64,000 bases of DNA, from positions 1,647 to 65,646 of the forward strand of contig CBDVBK010000006.1 in the NCBI GenBank assembly GCA_965372215.1, read 5' to 3'. The notes under the pieces were generated by a model. That model worked only from the letters and a program-made list of their open reading frames with translations. It ran no database searches and was not told where the DNA came from. Within the stretch, counting starts at the first letter, position 1; each line of letters opens with the position of its first letter. Below are positions 1 through 8,765 of the stretch, one piece after another. Source of the stretch: an uncultured bacterium (GTDB taxonomy: Bacteria; Fermentibacterota; Fermentibacteria; Fermentibacterales; JCC-6). Both the position numbers and the translations under genes were made by a program.

Positions 1-1
1 G

Positions 2-592
2 ATCAATCAATTCACAGTCTACTCCCAGGAAAGAGGTGAAGATAGGGATACTGCTCCTGTTACCAGAGAAGAGGTCAGGAATTTCTGGATGGCCGGGGGA
101 GGATGTAACCTGCTGCTTGTTATGAGCAGATGCAGTGAGAGCAATGATATTTCTCAAATCACTGATCTGTCTGTTGAAGTGTCTTCAGAGCTTTCAGGGC
201 AGGTTGGTAACAATTATTCAGCTGATAACCTTACCGACGGAGATCCCGAAACCGCATGGGTCGAAGGTGCATACGGTTACGGTCACGGTGAAGTAATAAC
301 CGTTTCAACCAACGAAAAGTATATCGTTGAAGGTTTTACTGTAATAAACGGCTACTGCAAGCCTGGTGATGCATGGCTGGAGAACGCAAGGATCAGAAAG
401 TTCTTTATCTGTCTGAACGATACTCCCATGATGGTGGCCGAACTTGAAGACACAATGGACACGCAGGTTATAAGGTTTCCCGAGAATCTGTTCCTTGATG
501 TGGATGATAGTCTTACATTTGAAATACTTGAGATATATCCCGGATCCACCTATCAGGATGCCGCGATTTCCGAACTCTCACTAATCATATGA
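2..592 (+). CDS. Discoidin / NADase-type glycan-binding domain protein, probably the C-terminal part (5' end likely outside the window)
   Basis: ORF 89..592. The same frame has no stop back to nt 2, so the ATG at 89 may be internal. The motif NLTDGDPETAWVEG...GHGE...GFTVINGY resembles carbohydrate-binding F5/8-C-like modules. Assigned from motif memory only. Confidence 0.5.
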   Translation: MNQFTVYSQERGEDRDTAPVTREEVRNFWMAGGGCNLLLVMSRCSESNDISQITDLSVEVSSELSGQVGNNYSADNLTDGDPETAWVEGAYGYGHGEVITVSTNEKYIVEGFTVINGYCKPGDAWLENARIRKFFICLNDTPMMVAELEDTMDTQVIRFPENLFLDVDDSLTFEILEIYPGSTYQDAAISELSLII

Positions 593-784
593 AACAATGA
601 ACGGCATTTTTTGACTTTGAAAATTCAGTATTCCATTGCTTGCCTGATCCCTCTTTGGAAGAGCCAACTGCTATCTGACAGTTAAGAATGGAAATTTCAC
701 CTTTAGCTTCTGGCTATGCTGGTTTTCCTTGTTGACGTGGGATTGTTTCGGGAAGCATGGTCAGTTTCAGACAGGAATCGGAGG

Positions 785-1768
785 TTATACTTGGGAAAAT
801 ATGCTGTTTCTGGAAAATTCCCGGAACGGTTTGAAATCAAGATTCCTATTGCTCATTAGGAGCGCAGATGAGTGCACACGGATAAGAAATCCTAACCTGT
901 GTCCGAGGATAATATCCCCTTCATCGGAGATATAACAGCATGAAAAGCCCTCCGGGAACTGAACGCCTGGAATGAAGGAAACAAATACATCGCTGAACAT
1001 CGAAGCGATCACAATGCTGTCGCCACTGCACCAGATGTCCTTCGGTCCTTCCAGAGAACTGTCTATCACATGAAATTCCCATTCACCATTGATGCAACCC
1101 GGATTTCTCCACCAGCCAGCACCTCCTTCGGCGCAGGCAATACCAGCCGCATCAATGAGGGAATCACCGTCCATGTCAACTGCAAAGCACTTCTTTACTC
1201 CGACCTGAATCGTTCCGATATAGTGAACATCGGGAAGAGAACCTCGATTTTCTATCCAGATCACACCGCTTTCAAAGCCTGATGCGAATAAGTCCATATC
1301 CCCATCTCCGTCTATGTCACAAGGATAAATAGATTTAACCCCCGGCATTTTCACAAGGGTCGAAACCGTACCGTCCTGCTTCACAAGAACAACGATTCCC
1401 GGATCAAACAGAGCCACGGCTAATTCCGGAGCGGAAGGAGTACTCCAGAATACCTCGCATATCCTGTCCGGGTTTCCCGGAAGCGGTATCATCCGATCGT
1501 TCATGACAACGGATTCACCTGCAAAGTCTGCCGCAACGAGTTCTCCGTTCCAAAGGCAGATATCACGGGGCTCCAGTATTTTGTAAGGCATAACGTCCAC
1601 TGAACAGCCGTCATCCACAACGCAGATCACGGATCGATCAATACATGCTACCGCGATCCCTCCGGTCAAGGGATGAACAGCAACCGGAATACCAGGCAGC
1701 GGAACCACCTGTACCGCAGAACCAAGAAGAATGAGAAAATTTAGAAGATCAAGAACGAGACGGATCAT
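785..1768 (-). CDS. Secreted FG-GAP/VCBS repeat protein
   Basis: N-terminal hydrophobic signal-like segment (MIRLVLDLLNFLILLGSAVQV). Ca-binding-like repeats DIDGDGDMDLF and VDMDGDSLIDAAG are typical of FG-GAP/VCBS beta-propellers. The ATG overlaps the upstream stop (ATGA at 1765-1768). Confidence 0.7.
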   Translation of the reverse strand: MIRLVLDLLNFLILLGSAVQVVPLPGIPVAVHPLTGGIAVACIDRSVICVVDDGCSVDVMPYKILEPRDICLWNGELVAADFAGESVVMNDRMIPLPGNPDRICEVFWSTPSAPELAVALFDPGIVVLVKQDGTVSTLVKMPGVKSIYPCDIDGDGDMDLFASGFESGVIWIENRGSLPDVHYIGTIQVGVKKCFAVDMDGDSLIDAAGIACAEGGAGWWRNPGCINGEWEFHVIDSSLEGPKDIWCSGDSIVIASMFSDVFVSFIPGVQFPEGFSCCYISDEGDIILGHRLGFLIRVHSSALLMSNRNLDFKPFREFSRNSIFSQV

Positions 1769-2292
1769 GCGGGAAGCTCCCAGGGATGATCCGCATCTTT
1801 CAGCAGATATCCTTCAGGTATCTTAACCGGTGTGAATCCGCAGTCCTGCCAGAATTTTCCCATTTTCAGGTGCCCAAGAACCACAGCATTTGAGATCATT
1901 TCTCCCCATGAAGCCGGAACGACTGCGATCAGCGGTTCCATATTCGGAGCAAAGGCCACCGAGGGAAGATGTGGTCTTTGAATGAAGCACTTGATAATTC
2001 TGTCTACCTGATGCGGTTTCACAAGGGGTATATCACATGGAAGAAACATCACGCAATGATCGTGTAGAGCATGCAGAGCAGCTTCGATCCCTCCCATTGG
2101 TCCATTTCCGGAATGGATGTCCGCAATTCCTCCGGGACCGGAAGTGAAAACATCGATGCAGCTGGAAGAACTTAGAATCTTCAACGCGTTCTGCTCCATG
2201 GACAGACCGCTGGAAAGTATCACTGCCCGTTTGTCTCTTCCCATCCTGCCTGATTTCCCGCCTGCAAGCACCACTCCGTATACTTCGGTCAT
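1765..2292 (-). CDS. MobA-like nucleotidyltransferase (NTP_transf_3; possible molybdenum cofactor guanylyltransferase)
   Basis: N-terminal VVLAGGKSGRMGRDK signature of the MobA/MocA family. 175 aa. In the same operon as a molybdopterin oxidoreductase. 4-nt overlap on both sides. Confidence 0.7.
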   Translation of the reverse strand: MTEVYGVVLAGGKSGRMGRDKRAVILSSGLSMEQNALKILSSSSCIDVFTSGPGGIADIHSGNGPMGGIEAALHALHDHCVMFLPCDIPLVKPHQVDRIIKCFIQRPHLPSVAFAPNMEPLIAVVPASWGEMISNAVVLGHLKMGKFWQDCGFTPVKIPEGYLLKDADHPWELPA

Positions 2293-3050
2293 TTAAGCGG
2301 CCTTTCGAAATTCGATATCCTGAATCCGCTCCGAACCTTCCTGATCGTGTTTACGATCCAGAGAGTGAAATAACTCCAGAAAAGAACTGAGAAAAGGACT
2401 GGAAAAAAGGACAGTAAGGCAGCTATTGCAGCCATGTTCATCCAGGGGTGAAACATCGCGGAAAGCAGATATTCGATTCTGCCGGATCCTGGATTCCTGA
2501 CAAACAGCATTTTCAGAGATTTCTGTTCACCCTGACCTTCCCGGGTCCCGATGTGATTAAAGAAACTTTCAAGGAGGGTTTCTACCGCACAGAATCTCAC
2601 TACAAGCCAGAGGCCAGCCATAATCGTTCCGGCTATGACAGCTTTGAGATCACCGCTCAGGTTGTACATACCCCATCCCCAGGCTCCATAAAAAAGTCCC
2701 CTGGAACCTGTATCCCCAAGCTTATCTATGAACTCTCCGCCTGCTATGCTGCTGCTTCCCGTGAATCTGGCCACCTCTCCGTCGCATGCATCAAGGACGA
2801 AGGAAAGCTGAAGAAGAAAAGCTCCCCCGATGAAACAGGCGGGTTTGCCAGGAGCAAAGAGAGCAGCTCCAGCACAGGCAAGAACACCCTTAATCAGAGA
2901 GACGCAGTTCGCAGACAGCCCCATGCGTAGGAAAAGCGCTGTCAGATAAATGGAAAATCTGCGTATGATCAGTTTCCTGTAAAGACAGATATCCAGATCG
3001 TCCGGCTGGCAGATAGCTCTGAGCCTGGAAACATCAGGAATTTGCTTCAT
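2289..3050 (-). CDS. CDP-alcohol phosphatidyltransferase family membrane protein
   Basis: Motif DACDGEVAR-x9-G-x3-D-x3-D (D-x2-DG-x2-AR...G-x3-D-x3-D) and multiple hydrophobic helices. Confidence 0.85.
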   Translation of the reverse strand: MKQIPDVSRLRAICQPDDLDICLYRKLIIRRFSIYLTALFLRMGLSANCVSLIKGVLACAGAALFAPGKPACFIGGAFLLQLSFVLDACDGEVARFTGSSSIAGGEFIDKLGDTGSRGLFYGAWGWGMYNLSGDLKAVIAGTIMAGLWLVVRFCAVETLLESFFNHIGTREGQGEQKSLKMLFVRNPGSGRIEYLLSAMFHPWMNMAAIAALLSFFPVLFSVLFWSYFTLWIVNTIRKVRSGFRISNFERPLK

Positions 3051-3796
3051 TCTTTCTCCACTGTGGTCACAAGCACTGCACCGGGCAGCCGGTTCAGGGG
3101 CCGGAGTAGGATCGAAATCAGCAGGTAAACAAAGTGATACAGTCTCCTTGCCAGCTTATGCTCCTCAAAAAGATATGATACAAACCTGAACTGAAAAAGC
3201 GCTCCCATTCTCTGCTCCCTTACCCGTATACCCTTCATCGGCAGAAGGGGTTCAAGATTGGTGAAGGTTCGCTTGGGTCCGTAGCGCCAGCGTTCCTTCC
3301 TGATCAGATATTCCTTGACAGCCTCATGCAGGCGGCAGCCCTCCCAGGCAGTGATAACCACCATCCGGCCGCCCGGACATGTCACTCTTACCATCTCTCT
3401 GAGGATCATTTCAGCTCCGGTATCATCAAACAGATCAACGACACCTGTGCTGTAAACAAGATCGAAGCTTCCATTTTTGAAGGGAAGTTCACGAGCATCG
3501 GTAACAGCTGCTCCCGCTCCGGTCTCCTTTGTCAGTTCCGCTGCGGTCTGTGAGATATCAACGCCATACACCATTGGCGTAACCCGTGAAAGCCTGCCGG
3601 CTACAGGACCCGATCCGCATCCAACCTCAAGTATGCGTGTATGCTCCGCTATTACGCAGGTTCTCTTCAGTATTTCAATAACAAGTTTCTGAAGATCTCC
3701 ATACGCGGCGAGTGTCCTTCCTGCCCTGTGGATAAGCCCATTCTGTGAGGTTCTGTTCTTCCAGATATGTTCCCAGGTTTCAGGCTGCTGTGTCAT
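3047..3796 (-). CDS. Class I SAM-dependent methyltransferase
   Basis: Motif I ILEVGCGSGPVAG, followed by the VYGVDIS and LVYSTGV post-motifs. Confidence 0.8.
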   Translation of the reverse strand: MTQQPETWEHIWKNRTSQNGLIHRAGRTLAAYGDLQKLVIEILKRTCVIAEHTRILEVGCGSGPVAGRLSRVTPMVYGVDISQTAAELTKETGAGAAVTDARELPFKNGSFDLVYSTGVVDLFDDTGAEMILREMVRVTCPGGRMVVITAWEGCRLHEAVKEYLIRKERWRYGPKRTFTNLEPLLPMKGIRVREQRMGALFQFRFVSYLFEEHKLARRLYHFVYLLISILLRPLNRLPGAVLVTTVEKE

Positions 3797-4473
3797 GAAA
3801 ACTTCATCCCTGCCGCTGCAAGATCCTCAGGTGTGTCTACTTCTTCCCAGACGAACTGATCGGTGATCCATGCTTCTGTCCTGAGGGAGCCTGCGGCAAG
3901 ATTCACCGCATCATCAAAATTCGCTGAAGGATCATCTGACAAATGCTCTGAAAGCCTGCGTAAGATTCGGTGATTACGGACAAAGAACATACCCATGGAT
4001 TCTCCTGCGGATCTGGAAACAGGCAGAGATTTTGAGAGGCGAATAAGTCGGCTCCCGCGAACCTCCGCTTTCATTGCTTCTTCATCAGCTCTGTTTCGAG
4101 GGTCCACAGGTACCGCTATGTCTCCCCGGCTGCTGAATGTACCCCGGGCGAGACCGGCTTCCCAGACCAGATCCCCGTGAATGATCAGGAGAGAACTGTC
4201 GGAAGGAGGCATCGCGCAGAAAGAAGAGAAAGTACCGGGAGTATTCCACCGTGGATTGTAAACGGTTTTCAACCCCAGAGTCCTGCAGGATTCTGTTACA
4301 ACATCAGACCCGTAACCGGTAGCTACCGTGATTTCTTCAGATGCAATTCCAGCCCGGATCAGAGAATCCACATGACGGCTGAGAATGGTTTTTCCGCTCA
4401 CTTCGACCAGTATCTTTGGTATTCCCGCGCCCAGCCTGCTTCCAATCCCGGCTGCCAGTATCAGAACTTTCAT
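3793..4473 (-). CDS. Nucleotidyltransferase (sugar-/alcohol-phosphate cytidylyl- or nucleotidyl-transferase, LicC/IPCT-like)
   Basis: N-terminal MKVLILAAGIGSRLG...PK signature of NTP_transferase enzymes. C-terminal WEEVDTPEDL motif. Confidence 0.75.
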   Translation of the reverse strand: MKVLILAAGIGSRLGAGIPKILVEVSGKTILSRHVDSLIRAGIASEEITVATGYGSDVVTESCRTLGLKTVYNPRWNTPGTFSSFCAMPPSDSSLLIIHGDLVWEAGLARGTFSSRGDIAVPVDPRNRADEEAMKAEVRGSRLIRLSKSLPVSRSAGESMGMFFVRNHRILRRLSEHLSDDPSANFDDAVNLAAGSLRTEAWITDQFVWEEVDTPEDLAAAGMKFS

Positions 4474-5687
4474 GCTTTTATCAGGTTCCTTTCATACATC
4501 TTTTTCATTACACGGAAGCCAATCATTCCCGGCGCGGAGGGCTTTACAAATTCCTTTATCGGTATTCTACAGTTCAAAGAAATTTCAGCAGGTGAAAACG
4601 GAGTTGCGGGAAGCCTACGTATCAGACCAAATCTGAGCCTTCTCAACCCTGATCCGGCAAGTCTGCCCCACCGAACGCCGTTACGGAAGGCCCGTATCAT
4701 CTCGGATATCCCTCCAGCAGCCTCCCAGGGAAAGATATTCAGTGATACTTCAATCCCATTTGAAACAGCTGCGGTAATTGCCGATTTGAGCTGGTCTGGA
4801 TCGTAGTCCTTTCCGATTCTTCTCATCTGATCCGCCGTTCCTCCGTCGGGGGAAAAGGAAACAGCGATGCAGCCTGCACCGCGAATATGTGAACCGTATT
4901 CTCCGTCAAAATCCAGTGCGGAATGATATGCCTCCCAGGTAATACCGGAGTTGAGAGATCCGACCATAGAGGCCACTTCCATTCCCCTTGCCTTTCGATT
5001 GTTCAGAACGGGAGCGATCAGGAATAAATGGCGGGTGCCCTGAGCAGCCAGCTGTTGAATATCCTGTCTGACCAGTTCAAGGGATCTTTCCTGAACACTC
5101 CTGCCCGATATTGCGGAGTAGGAGCAATAGGTGCATCTGCGATCACATCCCCTGTTAACCTCCACACCCATCGCCAGATTTTTTTCAAAAGGAATGTAAG
5201 ATGATAAAGAAAGAAGATCGAACCGTGGAGAAACAAAATCCCCCTTTGCGCCATGATAGAGTCCGCACGCTCTGTTCCTGACCAGTTCATCCACAATGAG
5301 CTCACCATGCCCTGTAACCCCGCAGTGGATATGTTGAGAATGATCCATTATCTGCTCCGCGAAAATGCTGAAACCGGCTCCTCCTGCAAGTATGTGAGCA
5401 TCCGGACACAGTCTGGAGGTGAGTTCGATCTGCTCAAAACACCGGGGAATGTAACTGTATCGATCAAAACAGGAGGTGGTGTCGGCATTTCTCAGGCTGA
5501 ATCCAACAGCGTCAGGCTTATAATCCGCAATGACAGATCTGAGCCTCTCCATTGGTGACCGGCTTTGGTTAAGATCCTCTATCCGGATTTCGTGTGAAGC
5601 CAGTGAAGCGGCGATGGTGGCAAGCCCAAGGGGCAGTACCGGGTGCTGCTCTCTTCCGAGCCAGGCCTGAATCAGCAGAATTCTCAT
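4470..5687 (-). CDS. B12-binding-domain radical SAM protein
   Basis: N-terminal Rossmann-like MRILLIQAW...PLGLATIAASL...YKPDAVGFS segment typical of the cobalamin-binding domain. CX3CX2C motif CDRRCTYC at residues 181-188. Confidence 0.8.
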   Translation of the reverse strand: MRILLIQAWLGREQHPVLPLGLATIAASLASHEIRIEDLNQSRSPMERLRSVIADYKPDAVGFSLRNADTTSCFDRYSYIPRCFEQIELTSRLCPDAHILAGGAGFSIFAEQIMDHSQHIHCGVTGHGELIVDELVRNRACGLYHGAKGDFVSPRFDLLSLSSYIPFEKNLAMGVEVNRGCDRRCTYCSYSAISGRSVQERSLELVRQDIQQLAAQGTRHLFLIAPVLNNRKARGMEVASMVGSLNSGITWEAYHSALDFDGEYGSHIRGAGCIAVSFSPDGGTADQMRRIGKDYDPDQLKSAITAAVSNGIEVSLNIFPWEAAGGISEMIRAFRNGVRWGRLAGSGLRRLRFGLIRRLPATPFSPAEISLNCRIPIKEFVKPSAPGMIGFRVMKKMYERNLIKA

Positions 5688-6340
5688 TACTGCCTGATCG
5701 ATTCAAGAGCCATCATTCTCACTTTTCTATCCTTTTCCGGCCATCTGATGAGATGGGAAGCGGATGTATGGAATGGTCTCTCCGTCCAGACAGGATCCCC
5801 GCAGGAAAAACCGGCTGCAGTTATCTCCCTGAGCCAGTTGTCCGCTGTAAGATGGTGTTCATTTGATCCGTTTCTGAACCGGAGTCTTCTTGCTTCCTCC
5901 TCAAACCCGGTGATTCCCTTTTCGAAACACCAATCCTCCAGAATAAGGAAGATACCATTCGGTTTCAGAATTCTGTGTATCTCGTTCAGAGAGTGCTGTA
6001 GAGCCTTACTGTTCAGGTGGTGCAGGACAGCCATGGCCACTACGCAATCCGCCACACCGTTCCGGAGTGGAAGGGTCTCGGCCCTGCAGTTGAGGAAGAC
6101 GGCGGACGGTCTGACTTCTGAAGCCACAATTAGAAAATCAAGTGTAATGTCCGTGCAGATGTATTTCTCTATAAAAAGAGCTCTCCCCGCGATTGTTCCA
6201 GGCCCGCAGCCGATTTCAACAACAGTATCAGGTGATTTCTTCTTCAGTTCTTCCAGTATGTATCTATCGGCAGCCGATAACATTCTGTTCGCTGTGTACT
6301 CCCTGACCTGCCCGGGGCTCCAGCGTGAATTATCTGTCAT
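5687..6340 (-). CDS. Class I SAM-dependent methyltransferase
   Basis: Motif I VVEIGCGPGTIAG. Methyltransf_11-like LKPNGIFLILE motif. Confidence 0.8.
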   Translation of the reverse strand: MTDNSRWSPGQVREYTANRMLSAADRYILEELKKKSPDTVVEIGCGPGTIAGRALFIEKYICTDITLDFLIVASEVRPSAVFLNCRAETLPLRNGVADCVVAMAVLHHLNSKALQHSLNEIHRILKPNGIFLILEDWCFEKGITGFEEEARRLRFRNGSNEHHLTADNWLREITAAGFSCGDPVWTERPFHTSASHLIRWPEKDRKVRMMALESIRQ

Positions 6341-7485
6341 GCCCGGTGACCTATGGACCCGGTCAGTGGAGACCCCCCTCTGGTTACCAGCATACCGTAC
6401 CTCTTCTTCAGTTCCCTGCGGGAAACGGGACCCTTCGGGAAACTCCTCTCCACATCATCCAGAAAACGATCAAGTATGTGTCTGACCCACATGCAGTGGC
6501 GGGGATCCGGTTTTCCGGAGTCTCCGAGATGTATCCCGTCCCATGCACAGCCTCCACCGCAGATTCCCGCAGCGTGGCACTTTGAACAGTAGTCCATCGC
6601 TACAGGAATTCTGTTTGACCAGTCCTCCGTTGATCTCCCGCTTATGCAGTTTGATGTTCTGCCGTCGGGATGAAAAACGATTTTGCCCCCAAGGGCAGCG
6701 CAGTCTCTGTGCCTGTACACACCGCTGATGATCGGATCAATCCTCCGGGCGATCTGATCTACAAAGATCCCGTGTTTCAGAGCAGTGTCGAATACATTGC
6801 TGATTGCATCAGTGTATGCTTCAGCCGAGATTGGATCAAAGCTTCCAGGAGTCCAGTGAAGAATGTTGAACCCCATACTTACCGGCATGAATCTCTCATA
6901 CATCTGCTCCATCCCGATGGCAATGTTCTTCCAGTTGTGATGGCTGACAACGGTTGATATTCCGAATGATACCCCGGCTTTTCCAAGAAAATCCATCCCT
7001 TCCGCAGCTTCAGCCCAGGAACCGCATCGCTGTGAATTGTGAACACTTTCCATTCCGTCCAGCGAAACAACCGGAGATACTCCCATCAGCTTCAGCTCAG
7101 ACGCGATCTCCATTGTGATCAGTGTGGCATTTGTAAAAAGAACCTTCGGGGAATCAACTCTTTCAAGAATACGGAAAGCTACATCGGGAACAAGGAGAGG
7201 CTCTCCACCGGTTACCATCACCAGCCTGCCAGCGGGTGCTTCCTCAGCAGCTCTTATTACCCGGTCAGCGGTTTCAACGGTCATATCATCGGGAGAATCC
7301 CCGGAAAGTCTCACATTGCAGTAGCTGCACGAGAGATTACATCGTCTGGTTACAACAGCCTGAACTGCTTTAACCTCAGCGTGAGGAACGGGCGGAACAG
7401 CAGCATCGTAATCTTCCAGTGGTTCTCCCACGGATATCCGCAGTGTTACAGAATCAAACCAGGTATTGCCGTGCTTCCGGATCAA
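6337..7485 (-). CDS. Radical SAM / SPASM-domain protein (copy 3 in transcription order)
   Basis: CNLSCSYC (C49/C53/C56, nt 7318-7341). C-terminal SPASM-like CSKCHAAGICGGGC. Confidence 0.85.
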   Translation of the reverse strand: MIRKHGNTWFDSVTLRISVGEPLEDYDAAVPPVPHAEVKAVQAVVTRRCNLSCSYCNVRLSGDSPDDMTVETADRVIRAAEEAPAGRLVMVTGGEPLLVPDVAFRILERVDSPKVLFTNATLITMEIASELKLMGVSPVVSLDGMESVHNSQRCGSWAEAAEGMDFLGKAGVSFGISTVVSHHNWKNIAIGMEQMYERFMPVSMGFNILHWTPGSFDPISAEAYTDAISNVFDTALKHGIFVDQIARRIDPIISGVYRHRDCAALGGKIVFHPDGRTSNCISGRSTEDWSNRIPVAMDYCSKCHAAGICGGGCAWDGIHLGDSGKPDPRHCMWVRHILDRFLDDVERSFPKGPVSRRELKKRYGMLVTRGGSPLTGSIGHRA

Positions 7486-8765
7486 TTATCCACACTCTGC
7501 TCTTCGCCGATCATGGTTCCAACGGGCATGGGCATGGCGCCGGTATCAAAACCGCCTGCCGGAATGAGCGATTCCCTGCCATGCTCAACCGACCTTTCTA
7601 TCATCCATCTGAGGAATGCCCTCTCGAAGGAGCACCTTTCGGGTCTGATCCCGTTCAGTACTCCGGATGCATGGTATGCATCGTATCTGCATCCACCTCC
7701 GCAAAGGGCAAGGGCAGGACAGTTAATGCAGGCGGAAAAATTCACAGGAGACAGATCTCTGAACAGGGTGAGCAGATCCTTTACGTCATCCGTGTCTTCA
7801 AGGTTTACACCGTGATCACCGCAGACGGTCATGCAGTCACAGGTGCCTGCAATTCCCCCCGGAACCTGTACCAGTCTACCCCCGGCTGAAGCACAGTCCT
7901 TCAGCCTTGGAGACCGTCTGACGAAGGGTCTTACTCTTCTGGCGAGCTGTTCTATATACATGCCCCGGTCGATGGCTATTTCCATGCAGGAGACAACAGC
8001 CTCGAGAATCCCGGGATCGGTGACCTGAAGCGGATTTATCCTGCCGCCCTTTAAGGGATGCAGCCAGGGATTCAACCCCATGTCATCCGGCTGGAAGTAC
8101 TCCATGAGCCACTGAAAATCCTCTCTGACAGTTGCAATATTTCTTTCTGTGACTGTGACGGATATGCCCACTCTGCAGCCGGCATCCCTGAATACATGGA
8201 AAGCTTCTTCAGCTTTTTCAAACGAATTTCTTCCGTGAATCAGCGGTCTTGCACTGTTGTGTACAGCAGGAGGACCATCGATTGACACAATTATGAATGT
8301 GTTCTCTTCTGCTAGTTCCCTCGCCAGTAAGGGATCCACTGGAACCCCTCCCGTGGCGGCGGACAGGTTTATTCTGGCGCCGCTGCTTCTCACCCGGCGG
8401 ATTACATGAAGAACAAGATCTGGCCTCAGAAACGGCTCTCCCCCGTATAACAGAAGGTCAGCCGGCCCACTTCCCATCAGCTCAAGTCCCGCATCTATCT
8501 CCGCGGGGGTCATATCCCCCTGCTGAACATCCTGCAGAAAACAGTACCCGCAGCTTCTTACGCAACGTGTTGTCAGGAACATGCAGCCCATTATAATGCC
8601 GCTGTTCTCACCGGCTTTTCTCCGGTATAAAGCAAGCAGTTCCTGCTCACGTTCCGGAGAAGGGCATTCCTCAGGAGAATTGTAGAGTTCGAGAGTAAGG
8701 GAATGAAAGTAAACCTTTTCACCACTCACCTCGTAAGCGTGCAGAAACGATGATACGCAGCTCAT
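7482..8765 (-). CDS. Radical SAM / SPASM-domain protein (copy 2)
   Basis: CVRSCGYC (C68/C72/C75, nt 8541-8564). C-terminal CINCPALALCGGGC. Confidence 0.85.
   Translation of the reverse strand: MSCVSSFLHAYEVSGEKVYFHSLTLELYNSPEECPSPEREQELLALYRRKAGENSGIIMGCMFLTTRCVRSCGYCFLQDVQQGDMTPAEIDAGLELMGSGPADLLLYGGEPFLRPDLVLHVIRRVRSSGARINLSAATGGVPVDPLLARELAEENTFIIVSIDGPPAVHNSARPLIHGRNSFEKAEEAFHVFRDAGCRVGISVTVTERNIATVREDFQWLMEYFQPDDMGLNPWLHPLKGGRINPLQVTDPGILEAVVSCMEIAIDRGMYIEQLARRVRPFVRRSPRLKDCASAGGRLVQVPGGIAGTCDCMTVCGDHGVNLEDTDDVKDLLTLFRDLSPVNFSACINCPALALCGGGCRYDAYHASGVLNGIRPERCSFERAFLRWMIERSVEHGRESLIPAGGFDTGAMPMPVGTMIGEEQSVDN

Noticed and set aside
4177-7815. Long plus-strand ORFs inside the radical-SAM operon (4177-4806, 5643-6485, 7039-7815, 7419-7889)
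   Set aside because: All lie fully antisense to ORFs with clear catalytic motifs. They have Ser/Arg/Pro-rich shadow-frame composition and show no motifs or RBS, so they are typical antisense shadow ORFs.
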